From: a virus
Reading direction: 5' to 3' (one strand)
Virus record (IMG/VR): IMGVR_UViG_3300037258_001099
Span: 72,991 to 136,990 of that record
DNA: 64,000 bases
Below the pieces are notes generated by a model, which was not told where the DNA came from, searched no databases, and saw nothing but the letters and a program-made list of their open reading frames with translations. Position numbers and translations under genes: made by a program. Position 1 is the first letter of the stretch; every line of letters starts with the position of its first letter. Positions 12,901-18,796 of the stretch are shown here, in pieces.

Positions 12901-14656
12901 ACCATGGAGTACGGCATACAAAGCTATTGTGGGGGTATTTGCGCCGCTAGGCAAAACTTTCCAGGGCTATTGGAACGCTGTAGCTAGCGGATCTGACTGG
13001 TTAAGAACATATATCAAAGGTAAAATAAGCGATTCATGGAATGCTATCGTCACTAAGTTCTCTCCTCTAGGTAAGTTTTTTAGCAATCTTTGGGTTGATG
13101 TACAAAATGTATGGAAATCAGCTCCTGGATGGCTACACGATAGATTTCAAGATGCATGGAACAGGGTAACAGGGGTATGGTCCCCTCTCGGTAAGATTTT
13201 CCAGGGCTTTTGGAAAGACGTACAGAATGTATTTGTAGGAGCACCCAAGTGGTTCCAAGGTGAATGGCAAATTGCGTGGAATAATGTAACAAATATATGG
13301 TCTCCAATCGGTAAAACATTCCAGGGATACTGGAATGATATCATGGGAGGAGTTAATTGGCTCAGAACGAATATATCTAATACATGGAATAGTATAAAGG
13401 TAGATACTGAAAATATATTTCACAATATGATAAACGGGATTATCGATCATTTAAATGATGGAATATCGGGCGTAGAGGGATTTATTAACTTTTTTGGGCA
13501 AGGACTCGATAAAATTGCTGGGGCCTTCCATGTCAGTGATCCTATCCCACAGAATAATCACCTCGGTCGCATTCCCCACTATGCTCTTGGTACCGACTCC
13601 CATCCTGGCGGCCCTATGGTTGTAGGTGAAAAAGGTCCCGAACTGCTTTTTGCTCCAAAGGGCTCTACAGTTGTTCCGGCTGATCTGACCGAAGCGCTGC
13701 TCTCAATGTTTAAAGGCAAGGTTCCAGGCTATGCTGGCGGCGTTGGTGATATCACAGCGTCTATCATCGATTGGGTAACAGGTGGCGCTAAATCGTTATT
13801 GGACAACGTTGTGAGCACTCTGCATATCACGGCTCCAAATCTCGGACCAATGAAGGACATTTCATCTGGTGTCTTCAACTCATTGGAGAAGTGGGCGCTA
13901 AGTTGGATCAGTTCGATTTTGCCATCTTTCGGTGGCAGTGGCAGCCAAGGGAGCCCAGGAACACTGACAGGTGTTCCTGGCAATGTTGCTTCATGGATAC
14001 AATCCGCTATGGCGCTCACGCACGTGCCTGCAAGCTGGCTAGCAGACCTAGAAATTATCGCTATGCACGAATCGGGCGGCAATCCGAATTCTATTAACCT
14101 TTGGGACAGCAATGCCCTAGCTGGTCATCCTTCACAAGGCCTGTTTCAGACGATACCTGGCACTTTCGCCGCCCATGCTCTTCCAGGTCACGGAAATATA
14201 TTAAACCCGATAGACAATGCTGCTTCAGCTATTGGGTACATAGAGGGTAGATATGGCGATGTGTTCCATGTGCCTGGAATAGTCTCAATGAGTCATGGTG
14301 GCCCTTATGTCGGGTATTCTGGAGGCGGCATACTCTCTGAACCTGTTGTTGGCACGGGACTGAGTACTGGGACACGATATAGCTTTGCAGAGGCTGCGCC
14401 AGAGGCAATTGTGCCACTCTCAAAGCTTTCCATTGCGCTCAAGTCTCTTCCCAAGAGCGGGAGTAGTGCCGTCTCTACCCAGCCAACAACAATATCTTCA
14501 AATTCTGGACAAAGCATTCAAATAAAGAGCCTGATTGGGACCGCAACCATTAACATAAACACCAATGGAACAAAAATTGCTGACACCGAGAAAGATGAGC
14601 TGATGAGTCAGATCATGGATCTCTTTAGTGATGCGCTCAAGCAGTTGAACACCTAA
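920..14656 (+). CDS. Giant tape-measure protein with two N-terminal UvrD/PcrA-like SF1 helicase domains and C-terminal lytic transglycosylase
   Basis: Lies between chaperone and Dit-like genes. Walker A GGPGGGKS (1700) and GGPGTGKT (7289), Walker B DESQD (2381) and DEAQD (7997), motifs III-VI present in both. Q-rich heptads, Trp-periodic repeats, GE.GPE motif and SLT motif HESGGNPNSINLWDSN...SQGLFQ (Glu at 14069). Probable GTG start at 920 after AAGGAA. Confidence 0.9.
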   Translation: MSTFDYSAWFGFRPRISSTAEGFARMPDYDPSQFAPRPVWNPATGKWEDPNKANRTINRRPTIEAEIAERQRRGYSLSDISLAPHAIPQGAAGPEKYQSPEEWKKAQSTFQSVQGALGASTGKQAATEALRRSDLNKALRQGQISTATAGKAAMITERMNQEGKRTQAANEDQLRNMSTQPDVTPFTIVPQKNLPSRASLLSQMEAAQPQVIALQQQTQKNASELMGKQVKMQTVSQFLPALSHEQLGGVQSKSQYVGFRGGPGGGKSKALISAIFNNLLNQGLSSDEAARLAKNTIFLSQTKSAVSRMRTNMEGAEQMIPGWDEKARSEQMMTLGRFAMSLLNRNQSSGGSILQQMGAGDYKPLYQGSGENIEEEMAKREHEQVLKRVLTQHGYNTRINNVGQLAQTIAEIKGTSRETFEAAYKRGKSLQDQNSQRQVIPSEQALYLYQNELHRTKQYDINDVPGMLLKASTKKNVQFPRFGMIANDESQDTPPIYGQLFQKLLGPSGRLITAGDPSQQAIRRPWDIDQTMKSAGAKIHELSINFRTGRHNVSSLNPLLATQAMADQPKSPFQAAFKEHDQPIRTHVEENFPAMHRAMFGNWMKDMGLTPAMIAKNMQSGVHPFSSPDAGSLLPGDAPFIFQRDEEGRGAFLKEMRSTLSKHMDEAMLDRFMQENISSEPPTASNVMSARAYTVGQARSHEFPEIHGDVTPQGLWPPEGHIGQIYTMQSRAINQQHLYYSKKNMPKGTQHDLATSFFGGQEVPHGWDQLMQAGTENLVDQQGMAVADLPEAMQYAYNSPHAMNLGTSPERPTEDPEMVKQFVEETLFANKFYSPPVDSGSGLLQGSKDDQFAADMRTYGFNAEMLSGQTKRSVISQSKMEMAARAAQDMIMNGPGVVSRGAATFNSEGVWQTKRMGRSEIESVPSPKEFMDRIHQMAGPIPARLMKDDIEREASSEFPEIDNIQMKPWAGKEQSQEAGDTTQVRQWMGHALAIPGFRNVPEIMGRLNDLLTHPKVLQSITGPLGKLAKSDPKLAQLQKRINLGRLDGHEAEKIKNRIARLIGLGAKITQTQQVQLSALQSKMKKVGGEPLHRIISRVVTPTLTGTNKPNPLYHAGFADLLHGAAAKQLPWQHLDPDFVGSLGGRARQFEREGDTSKRRFWGEAAGKFEAFSSQVHPDGSPLTKEMLAHAAPHERALLERIFESKHGGDILPYNHPDVESRVSQFTYQRGLVNRGMVSPENMAAMKLSRANSRRAPGETEFANLYMALQGGLSEGSGSGIEDPMNTLARGGGRFASLGAGTRLDSMIQRLTELSDPAGRVLTSAERAGFAEQLGQAQYVKSELSSPTNWRDWAHTLRAASLASTGKNLHDPKPLEEGKPNDPVRELFRHRDQHVKNARSLEGLTGLITPLKEATAHLQKTGSLRRSHVDEILRAFGYDPADKNLTALRKLEEKKGFSSRGGQDPDLPMAKLIGQFPDQMKDMREQLTRVPIIQGSQHYTYMGGEPGYADIKKAQQGIPSGIMGTLHPLPKTDETGPEEEFGLSKNVQFHMSRDMFSKSDLGVFNPEKAKRLPEHVANMDYAPLMQFEGMHQGSHVSFPVHPEQLALADTSGLEQEKGIQDLFKRARWTGLRWKEQDQNKKQIEVLRRSADAKHRKEHPLFTPRQLANPRGYASSFGVDPRTLPPAYRSHIGGQINSPSKVLAAAQVAQHSQGQMARGLVGMQQPVPEPMPSYRGYQLGGDLNEAAIDSIIRSQQKKELEANTAETPEFGPVDPNLQPMLPGFGGGGGNLPPRPPSVPTPEPENDPSRMFSALSSPELERAQPFLAHPRFNQLYKTFETGRLFGRQVTWQGHLEDEHAFNLRHPELHKSDLELTSGLLGKSVPPPPPDASTMAPRQRQESSGLRQRMMVQHASGLAQARDRKNDPLLATIGQHIPAQVPLAPSQGGIPPHDMAQLLTHLRSGKQSSDIALAKQYGKAPMQYLGSISGNQKPLPEIAAVAPGARGSWDEDSYGFPAEAPPDDLSMGDEEMFEFHQALGQMDAFESPAKKATPAPVSPTPIPAPASAGPAYQLSHLPKLMRSQRRTLIRGGQIHPFEEGKPGIGVGGTNPEQRDVLNAPDRRMIVQGGPGTGKTETMIMKIADLIAKGHVDPSRIMAFSGMHSGVSELNTRMSKFLQPLLPHGEEHKLPAARTLHSLAHQVLFQRGKPSPALGGIGLGWIKGVMGNPSEEELARQTPETQEKLRDQQRQFLHGAIKQNFPKAKWLPSTPDELDRVMGDIKKYKSSRTGEDPLYDKMIKKGLGDISHGKKFTHAGALAVYEQSVAQTGNIDFEDLITYGSSALGRLGSEAIPQGVEGTQLLAYDEAQDANRENLGFVSNLVSALGPETHAVVGLDPLQSLFQGAGSLPGEHIVPAIQQMLGGAGHIQLRGNYRSSMKDVALSNSILQMHAMSGKKGLSPLQVPYSQKLGSEPSFMLRKSQPELYKKMFSSMLAHAGVSPKTMRENILAGEHPFKGVDWNQPDKIRPGEMPALFMMKAQRSLFEHIAPSIIQGLDPAGKIDPEMAKKAFGQMYRPGLPGKAASDEEQTIFANKLAFRGLTVGQSRGLSFENPHMDASPVGEWRRPGEKAEESYLHNLGVMVSRTKEGGRSFIGAASTPFSGDQMKDFVQTQGKHYRETSPESHNRGSVWYGEPGSDPLSVHPRNEFDTHEGQPVAHYFGEIMGLQKKQVDDWKAMKNSPAQAAVPAQLVSQEAVAASPPRKQDLAKTALSDLQSRAPSGRSAQIESLLAKTVASPHASDPSQHAMVGQLHTEFAKLGGSASWSDFMKAKAPEIENLAGPQSPVTKLAQTMAASPDKYAPGSTAISAKDVTVNAAANSKITVAGGAQVDVIRASTPPLASMAAVGKGASPVSSTIAKNTPIEDLPLSGATPVTRISRNPFASTGGIPSTSTTTVAQVTGGAPSGTSVGASTVGGPSSKGGIGSLVIHPGASVGAINVYGGGPTTGGGGDGGDKEPPKTTLAKFSDGLTNTGRTFARIGQEMQYFGQLFNDVTQKALEQGSDYRLASGTFKASGATADRGFYDFANPASGISQMQTNSLPMFSKTDIAQNLQNVAGMVGGQLPPSGTSTSIMQLAALTGADPTQLTSQIGYISGSMGQGMTATPAIEGYTGSLYHGQVNATNLAPTLQAVSSALPSMQGLTFGQGNNLGAFYGLMNAAQGGGMTAANMPDVSDLTNSLAQVGTAPNLNQQAALNQLFPGQLTGGAQLAQFQQQQVGMSEQAGELGLQQQFNVPGLQMQIGNANVAMQQANVDLGQIQQQQGYAQLGLSQQELGSSQANLDYQRDQHDYQQASLNYQKQQLNYSEAQLGYSQQQFQYSQAQYSQAQLQQQYAQASFTQQQYVQTQEYGPIGADTGRQSYFDFMRNQQAAGYNPLSAETGTQFKPSAPQGIQNMQFYAGIENQRQMSILSRSPLLSDAAFQQQQKYLNEQEAFYKEQLDLTNEQRTFDVTWGQKMLDSQQKLLDLQGPLLTTQKKLLDMQQPMLDTQKSLLNQQQGLLNTEGHLLDLQQGILDTQKGMLVYTQEALDQQGKILGIQQTQVGLTAQMNDYQNAQLKLQQAYLPAQLGALLAVQTAMEQQINGQGPVNGTNPTPQQIIKQLSLIQNPTQQQDIMRNLGLPPNQVNTLQTILNGMKKAGGYDAAMSGVSPADKSIQAQVNNLIKSGAFAGQTNQAAQSDTSLLLGGTAAQWTKFTQAFDTANKYAEQTANAASSINDYIKGWGTFFSMAGPAIVGIGMLLQGLGLGGQALNFFTSGGASAAAGGAASWVTQTAAPAVASAASTTASAISLALTTAAPIIIPLVIAAAGTAIITFALKWLGDQASNINQQNFNNPKNATSNLPSWLQWLPGKTASPQVVASAQSKQDAYRASHGGKDMPMPDESPLAKGTLLGDAWSGIKTGVGNAWNWLTGGNNKAEASPAPANPKGHDFGAQPNAPVIPTPPSVSPWSTAYKAIVGVFAPLGKTFQGYWNAVASGSDWLRTYIKGKISDSWNAIVTKFSPLGKFFSNLWVDVQNVWKSAPGWLHDRFQDAWNRVTGVWSPLGKIFQGFWKDVQNVFVGAPKWFQGEWQIAWNNVTNIWSPIGKTFQGYWNDIMGGVNWLRTNISNTWNSIKVDTENIFHNMINGIIDHLNDGISGVEGFINFFGQGLDKIAGAFHVSDPIPQNNHLGRIPHYALGTDSHPGGPMVVGEKGPELLFAPKGSTVVPADLTEALLSMFKGKVPGYAGGVGDITASIIDWVTGGAKSLLDNVVSTLHITAPNLGPMKDISSGVFNSLEKWALSWISSILPSFGGSGSQGSPGTLTGVPGNVASWIQSAMALTHVPASWLADLEIIAMHESGGNPNSINLWDSNALAGHPSQGLFQTIPGTFAAHALPGHGNILNPIDNAASAIGYIEGRYGDVFHVPGIVSMSHGGPYVGYSGGGILSEPVVGTGLSTGTRYSFAEAAPEAIVPLSKLSIALKSLPKSGSSAVSTQPTTISSNSGQSIQIKSLIGTATININTNGTKIADTEKDELMSQIMDLFSDALKQLNT
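6869..6900. repeat. 12-8-12 inverted repeat ATTTCCGGTAAT-N8-ATTACCGGAAAT inside the tape-measure CDS
   Basis: Perfect 12-bp arms; near-identical site at 47845-47876 and half site at 51926-51937. Confidence 0.85.
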
Positions 14657-15180
14657 TGGGAAATGCAAGTGGCTTTGGCATTGGAACATACCAGCCTCTC
14701 TCTGGGGTAACAACAACCATCGGATCAGGCTTTCCAAATGCTCCATTTCAGCTCGTCCATCCGTATGCAGGTACCTACGGTGGCAACTATGGGTACGTGA
14801 TCGACACGACGATCAAGTCACCAAACGAGGTCCAGTGGACTCCTGCGCCAGAAATCGGCATTGATGGGATTGGCAACTCTGTCATTCGTGGATTTCCACA
14901 GATTGAGTGGGACTACCCGATTATGCGGCCAGATCATTGGTACAAGCTAAAATTTTTGAGAAATCAGTCAGCTAAAGTGCCACCTGCATATCAGTACATT
15001 GTGTTGCTCCAGTACCCCGACGTTTTTGGATCAGGGGTGCTCGCACAACAACTAGCACGATTTGAGCCCATCACCTTTTCAAGCCGAACATCTGCGATCT
15101 TCCAATCGGTCGTCTTGAAATTCACGTACGTGGGGCAAGCACAACTGCTTTCTGGAACACCTATTTCTATCATTGCATAA
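14656..15180 (+). CDS. Distal tail (Dit)-like protein
   Basis: Translationally coupled to the tape-measure gene (TAATG); size and beta-rich composition; call is positional. Confidence 0.55.
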   Translation: MGNASGFGIGTYQPLSGVTTTIGSGFPNAPFQLVHPYAGTYGGNYGYVIDTTIKSPNEVQWTPAPEIGIDGIGNSVIRGFPQIEWDYPIMRPDHWYKLKFLRNQSAKVPPAYQYIVLLQYPDVFGSGVLAQQLARFEPITFSSRTSAIFQSVVLKFTYVGQAQLLSGTPISIIA

Positions 15181-15191
15181 GGAGGCGACCT

Positions 15192-16253
15192 ATGACTTGC
15201 CAGGATGTTACAAAGGTTACAGGACAACATCTGATCTTTCTTGGGGTGGGTGCCGCGTCCTGGTCTCTTGCGCAGTTTAGCCAAGCAGGAGCCTTTGCCA
15301 AAGCGCATGGGGTAGATAGCCTTCTTCTCAAAAGCGCAGATGGAACGAACAGATGGTACGGGGGGATGGACGGGTACCGCCAAAGGAGAGATGCGATCAA
15401 AGCTCAAGGCGTTGGTGTTGTCCCCTATACCTATAGCTACGGCAACAAATTTGGGGCTATTGATGGAGAAATTGCGATCCTCAAGAGCTTTATGGCAGAG
15501 GACGGCGTGGTATGCATGGATGCTGAGGCCGAGTGGAATGGGCAAGTTGGCTGGGCTTCCCACCTGTGTTCTGCAATGACTGGCACTCCTGGCATCTTCC
15601 TAGTCTCCACATGGGCAGATCCATCGATCCAAAACTGGATGGGTGTGCTCCAAGCAATGAACCCGTGTGTGGATGCCTACATGCCACAGCAGTACAGTAA
15701 TTTCCTGGCACCACTTTGGACGCAGTTTGGAGCAACGGGAGCAGCCTGTATCCAACCAACCGTGGATCTGAGCCAGGAAGCAGGGCCTAACGATCCTGTC
15801 GCTATTGCACGGGCCGCAAGCGCACAGGGGCATACAGCACTTTCTGTCTGGCATCATGATCTGGCCGTTGCCAACCCTGCACTTCTTGATGCGATCCTGG
15901 CCGCATTCCCAAAAATAGAGGAGGACATCCCTATGGTTATTAATCTCACAACGCCCCTGGTTGGCAACTATTACGAATCTACTGGCAATGATGCTGTATG
16001 GAAGTGCAAGCAAACAGGCTTTCTGGTAGGACACGGCATCCTAGCCTTCTACCAGAAATTTGGGGGAGATGCCCTTTGTGGGCTCACCTACCTCGGGATA
16101 GCGATGAGTAATGAAATTGCAATAACAGGACATCCTGGCAGTGTGTACCAAAAATTTGAGCGAGGGATTGCGGTTTATAATCCAGACCACAGCTTCGACT
16201 TTCCCCCAGGAGCGGGTCCTGTATACATGGCCCATACTGACGCAAAGTTTTAG
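15192..16253 (+). CDS. Putative endolysin: TIM-barrel glycoside hydrolase (GH25-like) plus LGFP-like cell-wall-binding module
   Basis: LLLKSADG, YTYSYG and MDAEAEW resemble GH25 motifs; C-terminal TGFLVGHGILAFYQKFGG...LG...SNE...QKFERG module; AAGGAGG RBS. Confidence 0.65.
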   Translation: MTCQDVTKVTGQHLIFLGVGAASWSLAQFSQAGAFAKAHGVDSLLLKSADGTNRWYGGMDGYRQRRDAIKAQGVGVVPYTYSYGNKFGAIDGEIAILKSFMAEDGVVCMDAEAEWNGQVGWASHLCSAMTGTPGIFLVSTWADPSIQNWMGVLQAMNPCVDAYMPQQYSNFLAPLWTQFGATGAACIQPTVDLSQEAGPNDPVAIARAASAQGHTALSVWHHDLAVANPALLDAILAAFPKIEEDIPMVINLTTPLVGNYYESTGNDAVWKCKQTGFLVGHGILAFYQKFGGDALCGLTYLGIAMSNEIAITGHPGSVYQKFERGIAVYNPDHSFDFPPGAGPVYMAHTDAKF

Positions 16254-16263
16254 GGGGACGACT

Positions 16264-16425
16264 ATGATGCACTTCTTGCAAAATTGCATTCAGCCTAGCG
16301 CTGTACTCATGCTTTTTATATCGGTGGTCTGCCTGGTTGGATATGGGTATTCAGGATATAAAGCAAATAATGGTCTTCTCTGGCTGCTCTGGCTTTTTAT
16401 TGGTATTCTAGCCCTAGTATCCTAG
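16264..16425 (+). CDS. Small two-TM membrane protein, holin-like
   Basis: 53 aa with two hydrophobic segments, directly after the lysin; GGGGAC upstream. Confidence 0.45.
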   Translation: MMHFLQNCIQPSAVLMLFISVVCLVGYGYSGYKANNGLLWLLWLFIGILALVS

Positions 16426-16449
16426 TTCATGATTGTAGGATCGTAAAGT

Positions 16450-18573
16450 ATGGCTTCTCCCTACGCACTCACCAATTACGATCTGAGCCTGGTCAATCTT
16501 ACTGGGCAAGCTTTTCGTGTCTATGTTGCCTTCATGAATCCGGTAAGGATTACTACTTCCTGGGCTTCGCTTAACCAAGATGCGCAAGGAAATTGGCTTC
16601 CGCCTCCAAACTTCGACACTGCTGCCAACCATAAGCAGCCGTATGCGCCCACGGCGAACTTAGGGTCGAATAGAATTGGGTTTGTGGGTGAGCCACTCTA
16701 CTTTGATGGCTCGCGATCAACCCAGCGCTATGATATTCCGGTGATTACTGGAAGCTATGTCTGGACGATTACTGGCCCTGCTAGCACCACTTCTTATAAT
16801 GGCAATTCTCAGGTTGCTATCTCCTGGTCCAATCCTGGTCTCTACACGGTCTCTCTTTCGGTTAAAGACCGTGCTGGGACAGCCGTGGTGGGCACAAGAC
16901 AGGTGATGATCTATCAGGACAGGAACTCAACACTACCAGGTGTGATCAGCGTCTCAGGGCTCTCTGGAAGCCTTGCCAATGGTGGCTGGACCATGCAGCT
17001 TACCACGGTCAATTCCCAGACCACGATTCTCAGTCCCGATGTGCTTCCTTCTGGGAGTTATCTGCCAGTCGTACTGTTGTGCGAGACGAGCTATGAAGTT
17101 ACTCCTGGCAACTGGGTGAGTCGCACCATCGGGCCGCATGGGTTGTTTAATCCAGGATATCCCTATATTGACTCCAGGGTGCTCTTCGATGGCTACGTCC
17201 AAAATGGTACTATTCACCAGGATGTGGACAAAGATAGTCTTTCCTGCACCTGTGTAGGTCCACAGATGATTCTTCAGCTTGCTCAAAGCGCCCAGCTCGG
17301 CTACTATAACTGTGCGTACACAAGTGTTGTTAACAACGTACCCCTTGGATGCAAGACTTCTCCTGCTGGTCAAGGATATCAAGTGGGGTATCTCGGTTCA
17401 GCCGATGTTATTCACTCGCTTCTACAAGACCACTGCAATATCGGCACCTATCATGATATCCATATCTGGAATCCACTCATTGTGACCAATCCGTATAGTC
17501 CAAGCAAAACAAATGCCTACTACTATCAGTACTACACCACGCTCTCAGTCAATCAGGGAACGATCTGGCAGTGCATCGGGGATCTGACCGCCAATGAATG
17601 GAGCCAGTGCTACTGTGAGCGAGATGGTTCTATCCGCGTTGGCCCAATGGTGAACTACCAGGGGTATGACTTCTGGAATCAGCCAACACTTCTTGGAGGG
17701 CTTGCCGCCCCCTACTTGATTAATCTTGTCCAAGATTTGGGGTATTCCACGCCTGGGGATCTCAACACTATTGCCTCCAATATCCCAATACTACCAGCAA
17801 CACCCATGCCTATTCAATTCGTGCATCCCTGGGGGCAGCAGCAGAACCCGCCGCAGTTCTTAAAGCCTTTTGGGGAGCCCAATGCGCAAATCCAGGTAAC
17901 GCAATCAGCCCTTGTCGGGCCACCCATCCTTTGCGCCTTTAGTGATGTGCCCCTCTATGACCAATCAGGAACGCCTCCTGATACACAGGCGCTCTTTCCC
18001 TGGATCGTTGCCAATTGGCCCCAAGATCTAGTCGTCTATCCAGTCGCTTTTGACTTCCAAGAAAACTACACTACAAGAGACAGCTTGGTAAAACTCATCA
18101 CGACCACCTACGGTCAGACCACGCTCTGGAGTGCCTGGTATCCACTCTCCGCCTTTAGCCTTACTGGAGATGGCACGGTCTCTATTGTGCAAACCATTCT
18201 CCCTGCTGGAAACTGGACCGTGGACCAATCTCATCTGCTTCCCGACATCACCACCAACCAGAACAAGCTACTTGTCTGGAATTACCTCTGGGAGATGGCG
18301 AGACGTACCTACTATGACCAGAATACTAACTATACTGGTACGATCACCCTTGGGCAATTTACTGCGATCTCCCTTGGCGATATCGTGAGTGTCACACGGC
18401 AAGGCGGCACCCTTGGACCAAAATTTGCCCAGAAGCTCTTTTATGTGCAAGGCATTGACTATTCCATTGATCTTACTGCCCGTGTCTGGCAGACCAGTCT
18501 CACCGTCTCAGAAGTTACCTCAAATACCCTTGGCCCTATCCAGACGCCTCCAGTGACGATACCCAAGGCGTAG
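16450..18573 (+). CDS. Tail tip/baseplate hub protein with PKD-like domain
   Basis: PKD motif (GEPLYFDGSRS..YVWTITG..PGLYTVSLSVKD); hub-like YCERDGSIRV and C-terminal LGDIVSV..FYVQGIDYSID. Confidence 0.7.
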   Translation: MASPYALTNYDLSLVNLTGQAFRVYVAFMNPVRITTSWASLNQDAQGNWLPPPNFDTAANHKQPYAPTANLGSNRIGFVGEPLYFDGSRSTQRYDIPVITGSYVWTITGPASTTSYNGNSQVAISWSNPGLYTVSLSVKDRAGTAVVGTRQVMIYQDRNSTLPGVISVSGLSGSLANGGWTMQLTTVNSQTTILSPDVLPSGSYLPVVLLCETSYEVTPGNWVSRTIGPHGLFNPGYPYIDSRVLFDGYVQNGTIHQDVDKDSLSCTCVGPQMILQLAQSAQLGYYNCAYTSVVNNVPLGCKTSPAGQGYQVGYLGSADVIHSLLQDHCNIGTYHDIHIWNPLIVTNPYSPSKTNAYYYQYYTTLSVNQGTIWQCIGDLTANEWSQCYCERDGSIRVGPMVNYQGYDFWNQPTLLGGLAAPYLINLVQDLGYSTPGDLNTIASNIPILPATPMPIQFVHPWGQQQNPPQFLKPFGEPNAQIQVTQSALVGPPILCAFSDVPLYDQSGTPPDTQALFPWIVANWPQDLVVYPVAFDFQENYTTRDSLVKLITTTYGQTTLWSAWYPLSAFSLTGDGTVSIVQTILPAGNWTVDQSHLLPDITTNQNKLLVWNYLWEMARRTYYDQNTNYTGTITLGQFTAISLGDIVSVTRQGGTLGPKFAQKLFYVQGIDYSIDLTARVWQTSLTVSEVTSNTLGPIQTPPVTIPKA

Positions 18574-18619
18574 TCTTTGACACATAGGCTAGGATAGCTC
18601 AAAAGGAGAGAGAGAGACT

Positions 18620-18778
18620 GTGCTTGAATTGCTACGCAAAAAGCTTTTTGTACGCCCAAAATCAAAGCTGGTCTTCTTAGACGGGGCGAATCACTGGAAC
18701 CCCAATTGGAAGCCAGAGCAAGAAACACCGAGCAGGAAGCTCCACAAGATCACCCTTATTTCGGAAACAGTTGTTTAG
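18620..18778 (+). CDS. Small hypothetical protein (52 aa)
   Basis: GTG after AAGGAGAG; open to TAG 18778; below the ORF-track size cutoff. Confidence 0.3.
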   Translation: MLELLRKKLFVRPKSKLVFLDGANHWNPNWKPEQETPSRKLHKITLISETVV

Positions 18779-18796
18779 AAAATTGGAGAGAAATAA

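Noticed and set aside
912-14517. Many short alternative-frame and antisense ORFs within the giant gene, including Leu-rich ones at 10520-11950
   Set aside because: Shadows of the Gln-rich coding strand; no RBS or recognisable motifs
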